Shown piece after piece: positions 51,955-64,000 of a stretch of DNA of 64,000 nt; within the stretch, counting starts at the first letter, position 1; each line of letters begins with the position of its first letter. Below the pieces are notes generated by a model that saw nothing but the letters and a program-made list of their open reading frames with translations, did not search any database and had not been told where the DNA came from. Location of the stretch: contig CM075990.1 of NCBI GenBank assembly GCA_038087875.1, positions 6,884,001 to 6,948,000 on the forward strand, given 5' to 3'. Source of the stretch: Malacoraja senta (lineage: Eukaryota). Position numbers and translations under genes: made by a program.

Positions 51955-52340
51955 GGAGTAAAATTAGGCCATTCGACCCATCGAATCTACTCCGCCATTC
52001 AATCATGGCTGATTTCTGCCAATGAATCCCATTTTCCTGCCTTCTCCCCATAACCCTTAACACCCGTTCCAATCAAGGATTTGCCTTTAAAATATCCACT
52101 GGTGGCCTCCACAGCCCTCTGTGGCAATGAGTTGCACAGATTAACTACCCTCTGACTAAAGAAGTTCCTCCGTACCTCCTGTCTAAAAGAGCGCCCTTTA
52201 ATTCTGAGGCTATAACCTCTAGTCCTAGACTCTCCCACCAGTGGAAACATCCTTTCCACATCCACTCTATCAATGCCTTCCATTATTCTGTAAGTTTCAA
52301 TGAGGTACCCCCTCATCCTTCTAAACTCCAGCGAGTAGAG
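51955..52340 (-). mobile_element. CR1 LINE 3' fragment nested in an older CR1 tail
   Basis: ORF 51999-52316 MRGYLIETYRIM... Confidence 0.85.
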
Positions 52341-52683
52341 GGATATGGATCATGTACAGGCAGATGAGATCTGCTTAACCTGGCATCATGTTCGGCACAA
52401 ACATTGTGGGCCGAAGGGCCCTTTGCTGTGCTGTGTTGTTCTATGTTCTATGGAGTTGATAGGCCCACAGCCTCAACTCTACCTCTGTACCAGTTCTCCG
52501 TAGCCATCAATTCTTCAAAATGATCTTTCCAGAATGTATCCACCCCCATCTTAAATGCTCTCAACCACCAAACCTACACAATCCTCTGGGGTCAAGAATC
52601 CCAGAGGTTTGTGGACATGAAACAACATGGGAGTGAAGACTTCTTCTTCTCAGTACTCTAGCAAAAGCAAAATGTGATCCTAC

Positions 52684-52849
52684 CTTTCCCTTTTGGTGCA
52701 AGAAGCAGGGCACAGAAGCGGCTCTCTGCGGCAAGCTCTTTGCCTCGTTCAGGAATGCAGCTGGGATGTACGAGCCTCCACTCAGTAGGTAATCACGTTC
52801 ACTCTCCAAGTGGATGCCACTGGAGTTGGTACTTAATGTACTCAAGGAC
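52684..52849 (-). CDS. FRMPD2: Exon, N-terminal linker (SLSTLSTNSSG...PCFLHQKGK)
   Basis: ttgtgaag acceptor, gtagga donor, 166 nt, phase 2/0, open frame in unique sequence. Confidence 0.7.
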
Positions 52850-53682
52850 CTTCACAAATGGAAACAGCAAGTTACGCCCAACTCCGTCAATAGCATCAAC
52901 TTACCGCTACAAGAGTTTTTTAATTCTTGATTAGATCGGGTGTCAAGGATTATGGGGAGAAGGCAGGAAAATGGGATTCAGAGGCAGAGATCAGACATGA
53001 TTGAATGGCGGAGTAGACTCGATGGGCCGAATGGCCTAATTCTACTCTTATAATTTGTGAAATTGTGAAGCACTGCCCTGGCGTTACAATTCTATCCATC
53101 TAAGTGTGAATAAGAACAAAGATGTATTTTATGAATGACCTTGAAACAGTGATTCGTCACCATTATGAATCTTGAAGATTAGACTATCTGATTAATTCTG
53201 TATTCATTCATGAATTGCCTCTTTAGTAACTCGCATAATCCAAATCAAGATGATTCTTGCCTTTTGTAAATTAATAAAATGCTGCATTGATGTATTACTT
53301 TTGATGTAAACCAAAGTGCTTTCCAACTAGTGATATGGTTTTTGAAATCTAGTCACCTCTGGATGGCATGGAATGCATAATATGGACACAGTGATGCAGT
53401 GAATACACAAATGTGGTTAAGCAATGGGTCGCTCAGAACATTGCAAATTCAAAAGCAAAATCTAATGGAATATGCATATTTGAAAATTTTGCAAATTGAG
53501 GCATCAGAGACATAATCTGTAGAGAGAGAAATAGCGCCATGTCAAGTCATGAGGGAACTCGATGATCTGACCTGAAGTGTAGGAAGGAACTGCAGATGCT
53601 GGTTTAAACCGTAGACACAAAATGCTGGAGTAACTCAGCGGGACAGGCAGCATCTCTGGAGAGAAGGAATGGGTGACGTTTC

Positions 53683-53718
53683 GGGTCTGAAGAAGGGTCT
53701 CGACCCGAAACGTCACCC
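53683..53718 (+). ncRNA. Hammerhead motif at the centre of an inverted Penelope-derived pair
   Basis: GGGT-CTGAAGA-A-GGGTCTCGACCC-GAAAC-GTC-ACCC. Confidence 0.7.
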
Positions 53719-55793
53719 ATTCCTTCTCTCCAGAGATGCTGCCTGTCTTGCTGAGTTACTCCAGGTTTTTGTGTCTACCTGACGTTAAGTATGTTTCTTC
53801 ACAGAGGATGCACAATGTGCTGGTTATATCCAACACTTTCTCTTTTTATGCCAACATTTTATATTTAACATGCTTCCTTATTGCACAGGAGGCCATATCA
53901 GCCCATTGTGTCATGTTCCTCATGTTGGTTTACTGACCACTATTTTTCCCATATTCCAACTTCTGCCAGATTCTACCACTCACTTATACATTCGGGGCAA
54001 TATGCAGTGGCTAATTCGCCTACCAGCCCGTACGTCTTTGGAACGTGGGAAGAAACCAGAGCACCCGGAGGAAACCCACACGATCAAAGGGAGATCGTGC
54101 AGACTCCACGCAGAAAGCTCCGGAGGTCAAGTTTGTAAGTTAATAAATTGCAGGAACAGAATTAGCCATTCGGCACACCAAGTCTACTCCACATTTCAAT
54201 CATGGCTGATCTATCTCTCCCTCTCAACCCCATTCTCCTGCCTTCTCCCCATAACCCCTGACACCCTTACAGCTCAAGATTGAACAAGGCTCACTGGAGC
54301 TGTAAAGGCAACATATCTACCTGCTACCCCACTGTCCTCACCTTTAAATTAGGGCCATGAAACCTTTTATAAGCAGCTGATGGCTTAACATTTGTTCCAG
54401 CTGACAGCCTTTTCAACATTACGTTGCCTAGACACTGAACTGGGAGGGAAAGCCTAGATTGTATGTTCAAGTTTCCATAATGAGACCAACTTCTGTTTGC
54501 ATGCTACAACTTAAATCAAATGACATTCTGCAACATTAATAAAATACTGACAAAATCCTGGAGTAAATTAGAACAAATAACCTAAATAACAGAATGAACT
54601 GAAGTTCAATGCGGATTACGAAAATTCACCAGGAGGATGAACGTATTAATTACTTTGTGGTCTAAAATAGTGATAACAAAATTCTACGTGAGTAAACTCT
54701 TTAACGTAACAAGATAAGGTGTTACACGCCAGTGCATTCAGACAAGATTTAACAGCGATGCCTGATGAAATATTTGGAGAGTTAATTAAATGTCTTAATG
54801 GAAGTGGTGATATTTAAGCAGAGAATTACAGAATTTAGGAGCTGGACAAGGGAAGGCATCAGCTGCCAATGATGCAGCGTTGGATATCAGGGTTGCTCAA
54901 GGAACCAAAGCAGAAAAATCAGAGGCTGATCTGGAGAGATGTGGATTATATGCAGGCAGATAAGAGTCGGGCTTGGCATCGTGTTTGGTATGGACATTGT
55001 GGGCTGAAGGGCCTGTTCTTGTGCTGTACTGTTCACTGATCTCTGTTCTATGATGCAAGCATATAGCAAAAGACAATTGACACTATTTTTCCCCCTCAAA
55101 AGGGGTGGCACGGCAGGCAGGGGTAGAGCTGCTGCCTCACCGCGCCAGAGACCCAGGATCGATCCTGACCATGAGTGCTGTCTGTATGGAGTTTGCACGT
55201 TCTCCCTGTGACTGCGTGAGTTTCCTGCGGATGCTCCAGTTTCCTCCCACGCTCATAGTTCGTACAGGTTTATAAGGTCATAAGGTCAAAAAGGAGCAGA
55301 ATTAGGCCATTTGGCCCATCAAGTCTACCCCTCCATTCAATCATGGCTGATCTATCTCTCCCTCCTAACCCCATTCTCCTGCCTTCTCCCCATAACCTCT
55401 GACATCCGTACTAATCAAGAATCTATCCATCTCTGCCTTAAAAATATCCACTGACTTGGCCTCCACAGCCTTCTGTGGCAAAGAATTCCACTTTGTAGGT
55501 TAATTTGCATCGGTAAAATTTCTCAATTGCCCCTAGTGTGTAGGATAGTGCTAGTTCACGGAGTGACCGCTGGTCAGCGCGTACTCAGTGGGCCACAGTG
55601 CCTATTTCTGCGCAGTATCTCCAAAGTCTAAATTCCAAACACTGGAATACGCTGGTAAATGATATTCATATATTTACTCTCGACTTATTATAACCTAAAA
55701 ATAAATAATTCTCACGCAGGAAGATGGCAGCAGCATTAGCTGTTAATTCCTTTCAAGGGCCAGTCAAGGGACAGAAATGGCAATGAGTGTCCT

Positions 55794-55843
55794 CTGCCTT
55801 CTTATCAAATCAGTTCAACTGCCTTCTTATCAAATCAGTTCAA
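55794..55843. repeat. Perfect 25-bp tandem duplication
   Basis: CTGCCTTCTTATCAAATCAGTTCAA x2. Confidence 0.95.
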
Positions 55844-57191
55844 CATCACAGGCTGAGAAAGTCCACCTTGATAAACCAGGAGCTGTGAACTCATCCACAA
55901 GAACTCAATGAGGCTCTTGGTCTGTTGATTGCCCTTGAAGTTTCAGTTCTGACTCCAGTGCATGCTGCAAGAGGTGATCTCCAGACAGTGTGTGAATCAT
56001 GTAACAGAACATGGGACCTGATGGTTTGGCCATCTATCCTGTCAGACCAAGAAAAGGTGCTGGTATTTTGCCTGCACTTCCTCACTAAAATGCTCTTCCC
56101 AGCGTCGCACTGACAATCTGAGCTTCATGAAGCTCAATCTCAAGGTGAGTTTAAAAGAGATGTGCGTGGCAAGTTCCTTTACACAGAGGGTGGTGAGTGC
56201 CTGGAACGCACTGCTGGGGGTGGCGGTTGAGGCAGAGACGATAGCGGCATATACGGGACTTTTGGATAGGCAGGTAGATATACAGGGAATGGAGCGATCT
56301 GGATTCTACGCAGGCAGCTAAGATTTTGTCTTGGCATCATGTTAGGTATAGAATGTAGGCCAAACAACCTGCTTGTGTGCTATACCGTTCTATGTCCTAT
56401 GATCTTTAGTCAGAGGGAGGTGAATCTGTGGAATTCTTGGCCATGGAGGCCGTCGGTGGATATTTTTAACGCAGAGATTGATAGATTCTTGATTAGTACG
56501 GGTGTCAGAACTTATGGGGAGAAGGCAGGGGAATAGGGTTAGGTGGGAGAGCCACGGTAGAGTAGACTTGATGGGCCGAATGGCCTAATTCTACAATTCC
56601 TTATGACCTTATGATCAAGCAAATGGCAAAAGGCAACGGACTGGAATAAGCTGGTAGATAATGGTCACGTGTTTACTCTGTGGAACCTAAAAAGTTACAA
56701 ACCAGAACAACGGCTTCCCCATCACCCAGCTCCACATACAATAATTACCAAATACCACCCTTATCATCTACCCCCGAACTCTGGACGTAACCTTGAGCCT
56801 CTTTACTATCCTCAGCATGCATGAAGATTATATTCCTCTTTCTCTCACATTTGTCAGTCACTGGTCCCTGGAGCTCCAACACACACCCATTGTCTCAGCC
56901 TTTCCCTCCACTCCCATAACAGTAGGGCCCACCCCACATCCATTACCAGGCAGCCTATTCCCTTGTGTTGTACCCCAGAATATTTAGTTCTCCACCTTCA
57001 CATCTCAGTAACATCTACTGGGTCTAGTTCGGTTTTAGTGTAGGAAGGAACTGCAGATGCTGGTTAAACCGAAGGTAGACACAAAAAGCTGGAGTAACTC
57101 AGCGGGACAGGCAGCATCTCTGCAGAGAAGGAATGGGTGACGTTTTGGGTCGAGTCCCTTCTTCAGACTGAAGTCTATCTTTAGTTTTAGT

Positions 57192-57500
57192 TTATAATAA
57201 TAATAATAATAATACATTTTATTTATGGGCGCCTTTCAAAAGTCTCAAGGACACCTTACAAAGTTTAACAAAGTGTAGAAACCTGTAAGCGGAATGAAAT
57301 AAATAGTAAAGACATCACGAGTACACAAATTAAAGCCAAATTAAAAATCAATCCAAAAACAAAAATCAAAAACACAATATGGAAGAGAGAGCAGCGGCTG
57401 CTAAAACGCGCCAGCGTCCACTCTCCCCTCCGGCAGCCATCTTGGACACTAAATAAAATATCATTTACAGACAAAAATCACCCCCCCCACAATGATTACC
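57192..57500 (-). mobile_element. L2-type LINE/SINE 3' end with (TTA)n tail
   Basis: Reverse strand reads TGTAAGGTGTCCTTGAG...GAAAGGCGCCCATAAATAAAATGTATTATTA, an L2-like 3' stem-loop tail. Confidence 0.65.
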
Positions 57501-57509
57501 ACTGTTTAG

Positions 57510-58140
57510 TTTAGTTTAGTTTTAGTTTAGTTTGGAGATACAGCACGGAAATAGGCCCTTTGGCCCACCAAGTCCGCACCAATCAGCGATCCGTGTACAC
57601 TAATAATATTAGGGCAGCACGGTGGCGCAGTGGTAGAGTTGTTGCCTTACAGCGCTTGCAGCGCCGGAGACACGGGTTCAATCCCAATTACGGGTGCTGT
57701 CTGTACGGAGTTTGTACATTCTCCCCGAGATCTGCGGTTTCCTCTCACACTCCAAAGACGTACAGGTGTGTAGGTTAATTCTCTTGGTAAATGCAAAAAA
57801 TTGTCCCTAGTGTGTGTAGAATAGTGTTAATATGCAGGGATCTCATGTCGGCGCGGACCCGGTGAGCCGAAGGGCCTGTTTCCACGCTGCATCTCTAAAC
57901 CAAACTATATTAACATTATCCTACACAACCGGGACAATTTACAATTCTTACCAAAGCCAATTATCCTGCAAACCTGTACGTTTTTAGAATGTGGGAGGAA
58001 ACCGAAGCACCCGGAGAAAACCTACACGGTCATGGGGCGAACGTACAAACTCCGTACAGACAGCACTCGTAGTCAGGATCAAACCCGGGTCTTTGACGCT
58101 GTTAGGCAGCAACTCTACCGCTGCGCCAACTTGCTGCCCT
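57510..58140. mobile_element. Nested V-SINEs: + copy (57611-57905) inside a - copy
   Basis: The reverse SINE is split into 57510-57603 and 57909-58140 by a forward SINE. Confidence 0.8.
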
Positions 58141-58444
58141 AATATTTAATATCCCCAGCCTGCACGGTAAATATATTGATCTGCATTTTTGTTATTATTA
58201 CAAGTATGTCAGCTTTCAGAGACAAAAAGACTATTGTAAACACTATACTATGTCCCCTGATTATGACCTTAGCTGCCGAAGCAATTATACTGTTGATAAT
58301 CCGGCTTTGAATTGTCTCTTCAGTCGTGTAACTTTACCCTTAACTGAACCCGTCGCACACCCTCTAACTTCATCTACTGCATCCGATGTTCCTGACGTGG
58401 CCTTCTATACATCGGCGACACCAAGCATAGACTCGCCGACTGTT

Positions 58445-59130
58445 CAGATTATTATCTGAATGGTGTCAGATTAAGAAAAGGGGAGGTGCAACGAGACCTG
58501 GGTGTCCTTGTACATCAGCCACTGAAAGGAAGCAAGCAGGTACAGCAGGCAGTGAAGAAAGCGAATGGCATGTCGGTCTTCATAGCGAGAGGATTTGAGT
58601 ATCGGAGCAAGGAGGTCCTACTGCAGTTGTACAGGGCCCTGGTGTGACCACACCTGGAGTATTGCAGCGTGGGTTCACCAGGTTGTGATATGATGAAATA
58701 ATGGATCGACTCGGCTTATATTCACTGGAATTTAGAAAGATGAGAAGGGATCTTATGGAAACAGGGATCTTAATGGACAGGCTAGATGCAGGAAAAATGT
58801 TCCCGATGTTGCGGGAGTCTAGAACCAGGCGTCACAGTTTAGGAATAAGGAATAGGCTATTTAGAACTGAGATGAGGAAAAACATTTTCACCCGGAGAGT
58901 TGTGAATCGGTGGAATTCTCTGCCACAAAGGCCAGTGGAGGCCAATTCACTGGATGTTTTCAAGAGGGAGTTAGATATAGCTCTTAAGGTTAATGGAATC
59001 AAGGGATATGGGGAGAAAGCAGGAATGGGGTACTGATTTTGGATGATCAGCCATGATCATATCGAATGGGGGTGCTGGCTCGAGGTGCCGAATGGCCGAC
59101 TCCTGCACCGATTTTCTACGTTTCTATGTT
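58445..59130 (+). mobile_element. CR1 LINE 3' fragment with internal deletions
   Basis: DYYLNGVRL...; ORF 58701-59036. Confidence 0.88.
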
Positions 59131-59340
59131 TCTGAACATTTGTGCTCGATCCGCCAAGGCCTTTTGGATCTCCCGGTTGCTAATCATTTTAACTCCTCTC
59201 CCCATTTCCATACTGACTTTTCTAGCCTGGACCTCCTCCATTGCCAGAATGAGACCACATGTGAACTGGAAGAACAGCACCTCATATTCCACCAGGGTAG
59301 CATGTAGCAGACTGAGCATTGAAGTCTCCAATTTTAGGTG
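59131..59340 (+). mobile_element. Penelope-like GIY-YIG endonuclease C-terminal fragment
   Basis: EHLCSIRQGLLDLPVANHFNS...LEEQHLIF. Confidence 0.75.
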
Positions 59341-59905
59341 AAGAAATTACCGTAAATACGAGTTGCTGTTACTCCAGTTTGCGTGTGGACTCTGTTTCTC
59401 GATTCCCCTACTCTGGGTGAAAGATTCTGTGCTTTCACTCTATCTATTACCTCATGAGCTTATCCACCTCAATAAGATCAGCCCCGTCCTTCCTACAGCT
59501 TTTGTTGCCAGTGGCTTGTAAGGCTGGAGGACATTATAAAATTGGGACCCCAAGCATAATCAATTAAGCTGTTAAAATGTTATATTGCTCAGAAGCAAAA
59601 CCCCCTCGAAAATCAAGAGAATTTTAGAAGTGTTTTTTCATCGAAGCAAATCCTGCATTTCAATACTCCAATTCAAACTCCAAACAGCAAAAAATAATGA
59701 GAGCGCGCCTTAAAGGCATAAGCAATTATGGCAACTGTATCCATTGATAGAAGTCGGGCTGTGTGAAATTACTACGACAGTCTATTCAGAAAGAATTGCA
59801 GGAGATAAAGTTAAGTTTAGTCTAGTTTATAGTCATGTGTACTGAGGTACAGTGGAAAGCGCTTGTTTTGTGCTAACCAGTCAATCAGCGGAATGACAGC
59901 GGAAA

Positions 59906-60228
59906 GGGCGGCACGGTGGCGCAGCGGTAGAGTTGCTGCCTTTCAGCGCTTACTGCGCCGGAGACCCAGGTTCGATCCCGACTACGGATGCTGTCTGTAC
60001 GGAGTTTGTACGTTCTCCCCGCAACCGCATGGGTTTTCTCCAAGATCTTCGGTTTCCTCCCACACTCCAAAGACGTACAGGTTTGCAGGGTAATTGGCTA
60101 TGGTATGCTGTAAGTGTAAATTGTCCCTAGTGTGTGTAGGATAGCGTTAATGTGCGGGGATCGCTGGTCGGTGAGGAGTCCGTGGGCCAAACGGCCTGTT
60201 TCTGCGCCGTATCTCTAAACTAAACTAA
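59906..60228 (+). mobile_element. V-SINE (HE1-like), full length
   Basis: GGGCGGCACGGTGGCGCAGCGGT...GGTTCGATCC...(TAAAC)n. Confidence 0.9.
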
Positions 60229-60274
60229 AAAGTAAACAATACATGATTAAAATTGAGCCATCCGCAGTGTACCG

Positions 60275-60565
60275 TTTAGTTTAGAGATACAGTGTGGAAA
60301 CCAGGTCACCAGGTCAGCAGCGACCAGCAATCCCCGCACACTAACACTATCCTACACACACTAGGAACAATTTTACATTTACACCAAGCCAATTAACCAA
60401 CAATCCTGTTGGAGTGTGGGAGGAAACCGAAGATCTCAGGGAAAACCCATGCAGGTCACAGGGAGAACGTACAAACTCCGTATCGACAGCAACTGTGGTC
60501 AGGATCGAACCCGGATCTCGGGCACTGTAAGGCAGTAGCTCTACCTCTGTGCCACTGTGCCGCCC
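60275..60565 (-). mobile_element. V-SINE (HE1-like), inverted relative to 59906-60228
   Basis: Reverse copy. Confidence 0.82.
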
Positions 60566-60731
60566 AGGAAACAGGATATGGGAATAACGTGAATTACGTT
60601 TAGTGCAAGGTTGTTTTTTCAATCTTCAGGAAAGGAAGTTCTCACAAAAATATATATATAAAGCTGTTACCACAGTTTTAGAACGTGAGAGTGAAATGAT
60701 TGTCACTTGTTCTCAGCTGTACATGGCATAC

Positions 60732-60810
60732 CTGTCGGTGAGGTGTCGGTAACGGCTTGCTATTGAATTCCTGTTTTGCGTTCTCCACTCTTCCTGCCGA
60801 TGCCAGCTCG
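60732..60810 (-). CDS. FRMPD2: Probable exon, N-terminal linker (SWHRQEEWRTQNRNSIASRYRHLTD)
   Basis: gttttcag acceptor, gtatgc donor, 79 nt, phase 1/2; joins the 52849 exon in frame (AG+G = Arg). Confidence 0.65.
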
Positions 60811-61790
60811 CTGAAAACACAAAATCCAATTACTCACAAAGTCACAATGCTCTCTGGTAACAGCAAGTAGGGCATGGCTGTTTCTTCACTCTGAGAAAAC
60901 CCTTCTGACTTGAAAGAAGGCCGTCTGACCCAGGGCAGTGCCACACTTGGGGAACTATTGGGACACATTTCAATGCTGCAGCTCGCGATGGAGAAAGGGC
61001 TCTCTCCCCACTGGAAGCATGGCTTCTATCGCTGCACCTTGAAGGTAGCCTTTAGCCTTCCTGCAAAGTGTTTTTGCTTGTCCCTCATCCAGTTCAGCAA
61101 AGCAGCCACTAAACTAAAGCTAAAAATAGCAATCCCTTTTGGCTTTGAGAATAATCCACTTAATCTTTTCATTAGTCAGCATGAGAGAGGCTAATAGTCT
61201 TTCTGCTTAAGCCACTGGTTTGTTTCTCTTGATCAAGGTCTGTGTCAAAGTTGCGCAGTAAAAAGACTTCTGGAATAGTGTTGAAGACCATACCTTTGTA
61301 ACATTAGGAGGGAGAGATGGATCAGCCATGATTGAATGGCTGAGTGGAATTGATGGGCCGAATGGTCTAATTCTACTCCTATTCCCCAAGACCTAATACC
61401 GCAGGCAAAAATTGGGAACTGTCACCGTAGCTTGAGAATAAACTTCCAACAGTCTCTCATGATATTCACTGACTTTGAAAGTAACATTGTTACCCTCTTG
61501 GAGATCTGTGGGTAGTTAATACATGCTGGGTGTTCCTTAAATAAGTACAGAGGGCAGTACTTTCCCTCACAGAGTTTTCTGGTTTACTCTTTGTACATTG
61601 TTTAGGGATACAGCATGGAAACAGGCCCTTCGGCCCACCGAGTATGCACCATCCAGCAATCCCCACACACTAACACTATCCTACACACGCTAGGGACAAT
61701 TTACAATTACACCAAGCCAATTAACCTACAAACCTGTACGCCTTTGGAATGAAGGAGGAAACTGTAGATCCCAGAGAAAACCCACGGAAG

Positions 61791-62485
61791 GGATGACGTT
61801 TCGGGTCGAGACCCTTCTTCAGACTGATGTCAGGGGAGTGGGCGGTACAGAGATAGAATGTAGTCGGAGACAGTAAGACTGGTGGGAGAACTGGGAAGAG
61901 GGAGGGGATGGAGAGAGAGAGGGAAAGCTAGGACTACTTGAAGTTAGAGAAGTCAATGTTCATACCGCTGGGGTGTAAGCTGCCCAAGCAAAATATGAGG
62001 TGCTGATCATCCAATTTGCGCTGGGCCTCACTCTGACAATGGAGGAGGCCCAGGACAGAAAGGTCAGATTGGGAATGGGAGGGGAAGTTAAAGTGCTGAG
62101 CAACCGGGAGATCAGGTAGGTTTAGGCGGACTGAGCAGAGGTATTCAGCAAAACAATCGCCGAGCCTGCGCTTGGTCTCGACACCTGGAACAGCTGATTC
62201 AGTAGATGAGGTTGGAGGAGGTGCAAGTGAACCTCTGCCTCACCTGGAAAGACTGTTGGGGTCTTTGAACGGAGTCGATGGGGGTGGTAAAGGGACAGGT
62301 GTTGCATCTCTTGCGGTTGCTGGGGAAAGTAGCTGGGGAAGGGTGGTTTGGGTCGGAAGGGACAAGTTGACCAGGGAGTAGCGGAGGGAACGGTCTCTGT
62401 GGAAAGCAGAAAGGGGTGGAGATGGGAAGATGTGGCTAGTAGTGGGAGCCTGGTGGAGGTGGCAAAAATGTCAGAGGATTATATG
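61791..62485 (-). mobile_element. Penelope-like element 3' part: endonuclease end, UTR and hammerhead
   Basis: Reverse strand encodes ...FAEYLCSVRLNLPDLPVAQHFN...QHLIFCLGSLHPSGMNIDFSNFK*, followed about 110 nt later by CTGAAGAAGGGTCTCGACCCGAAACGTC (61794-61824). Confidence 0.82.
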
Positions 62486-62559
62486 CTGTTACTGGGGGAG
62501 TGGATTGGGGTTCTGATAGAGGGATGGCTGGAGGATAGCTATGGAAGGGAGAATATCAT

Positions 62560-62910
62560 TGAAACCTACCGGATAATGAAAGGCCTAGATAGAGTGGACA
62601 TGGAACAAATGTTTCCAGTAGAGGGAGACTCTAGTACCACAGGGCACAGCCTCAGAAAAAAAGCACCTACCTTTAGAATAGAGATGAGGAGGAATTTCTT
62701 TAGCCAGAGGGTGGTGAATCTGTGGAATTCATTGTCACAAACCACAGTGGAGGCCAAGTCATTGGGTCTTTTTAAAGTGGAGATTGATAGGTTTTTGATT
62801 AGTAAGGGTATCAATGGTTATAAAGAGAAGGCTGGAGAATTGGGTAAAATAGATCAGCGATGACTGAATGGCAGAGTAGATTCACTGGGACTAATGGCCT
62901 AATTCTGCTC
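62560..62910 (+). mobile_element. CR1 LINE 3' fragment
   Basis: ETYRIMKGLDRVD...FFSQRVVNLWNSL. Confidence 0.85.
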
Positions 62911-63110
62911 CCGTCTTAAGCTGAAGTGACCATTGTCCTGGGATGGGTTGTTGTGGTTTTCTAAGTTGTGCTGAGGAGACCTTGGCCCAAAATGTTGATT
63001 CTGTTTCTCTCCTCACTAATAAGCACCTACAGCGTTTCTGATTTGGTTTTGGATTTCCAGCATCTGCAGGCTATTATCCAATTCCTCATGTAGTCCAATT
63101 CTAATGTAGT

Positions 63111-63369
63111 CTTGATTCAAACTCGGGGAATGTCCGTAGCGAGTCGGTAGGAGTCCGTAGATATTTCGTAGCGGCTCGTAATGCCAGCCGTAGGTATTCG
63201 GGGCATCGGGTAAGTCGGGACGTTTTTTCAGCATGTTGAAAAATGTCCACGATTTTAAAAAAAATAGCCCCGAGTACCTACGGCTGGCTATTACCGTAAT
63301 TCTCCGAGTTTGAATCAAGGGGAAAACTCGGAAGGATTCGTGGTAACTCGGGAAAGTGGGACAGGGGCT
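63111..63369. mobile_element. Truncated palindromic MITE with related TIR
   Basis: Right end AAGTGGGACAGGGGCT; nested internal inverted repeats (CTTGATTCAAACTCGG / CCGAGTTTGAATCAAG). Confidence 0.65.
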
Positions 63370-64000
63370 TAAGAACCTGACGAAGAAGGGTCTCGACCCA
63401 AAACATCACCTATTCCTTTTCTCCAGAGACGCTGCCTGCGCCGCTGAGTTACTCCAGCATTTTGTGTCTATCTTCGGTTTAAACCAGCATCTCCGTCTTT
63501 GAAACCAATCTCTTATGAATGCAGAATGCCCAGTAAAATCAATGAAAATCAGTGCCTTTAGTCTCCTAATCTCTGTGTGAGTCTTTGAGCCTGAATTAAT
63601 TGTACGTTAGAGGTCTTCATTTCAATTCAATGGATCATAGACCTTTGCCTAACATACACAGTGACTATCACATCAGGATCTCAACCCACAACAACGATGC
63701 ATCTATTCAAAGGCTCTGAGTCTCGAGGCTTTATGAATAATGAACTAACTGCTAATTTTAAGCCATCTGCTCACAACATTCCTAATACAGTAACAGTCAC
63801 CAGGGGACAGCCATAAAGACTGAAATCTTAGAAATGCCTCTCTCTCTCTCTCTGCGACTTCCAACGGAAGGAACAGGATGAGAATGGGTCAGGGCTGTGA
63901 TGCCGTTAGTGGAGCCGCTATTTCACAGCACCAACGACCTTGGGTCAGTCCTGACCTGTGTGGTCAGTGTGGAGTTTACATGTCCCCCCCTATGGGTTTC

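Larger units (their letters stand above)
412..60810 (-). other. FRMPD2: Partial multi-exon gene: FERM and PDZ domain-containing protein 2-like (PTPN13 paralogue); 21 coding exons, start and stop outside window
   Basis: All 21 exons have AG/GT boundaries and compatible phases, giving one open frame (2867 nt). Motifs [30 protein letters not shown] and [10 protein letters not shown] match FRMPD2 from recall better than PTPN13. Confidence 0.85.

Noticed and set aside
55891..56120. Open minus-strand frame in unique sequence as an extra FRMPD2 exon
   Set aside because: Only a weak phase-compatible donor (gtccca) and no recognisable homology. Exons 60732-60810 and 52684-52849 already join in frame.
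412..60810. Calling the gene PTPN13
   Set aside because: The pre-FERM, FERM and PDZ3 motifs fit FRMPD2 better from recall, and the linkers are shorter than expected for PTPN13. A phylogeny would be decisive.

Overview
This is eukaryotic vertebrate DNA. The repeat content (tRNA-derived V-SINE/HE1-like SINEs, CR1 LINEs, Penelope-like fragments) suggests a cartilaginous fish, possibly a skate or ray; the taxon is an inference. One gene crosses the whole window on the minus strand. I traced 21 GT-AG exons (60810 down to 412) that splice in frame to 2867 nt (~955 aa) encoding a linker, a FERM domain and PDZ1-3. The protein is most like FRMPD2, a PTPN13 paralogue; its start and stop lie outside the window. 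The introns are dense with retroelements and MITEs. Most notable observations: (1) more than 30 copies of a short Penelope-derived unit carrying a minimal hammerhead ribozyme core, often as inverted pairs; (2) an L1 insertion with a 5' inversion (twin-priming signature) and an 11-bp TSD; (3) a Tx1-like insertion with a 17-bp TSD; (4) a ~185-bp duplication flanking a SINE; (5) a small CpG-rich insert with tandem E2F sites and a GTCACGTGAC motif; (6) a Harbinger-like MITE family. No prokaryotic, CRISPR or rRNA features were found. Repeat boundaries are approximate and were read by eye.
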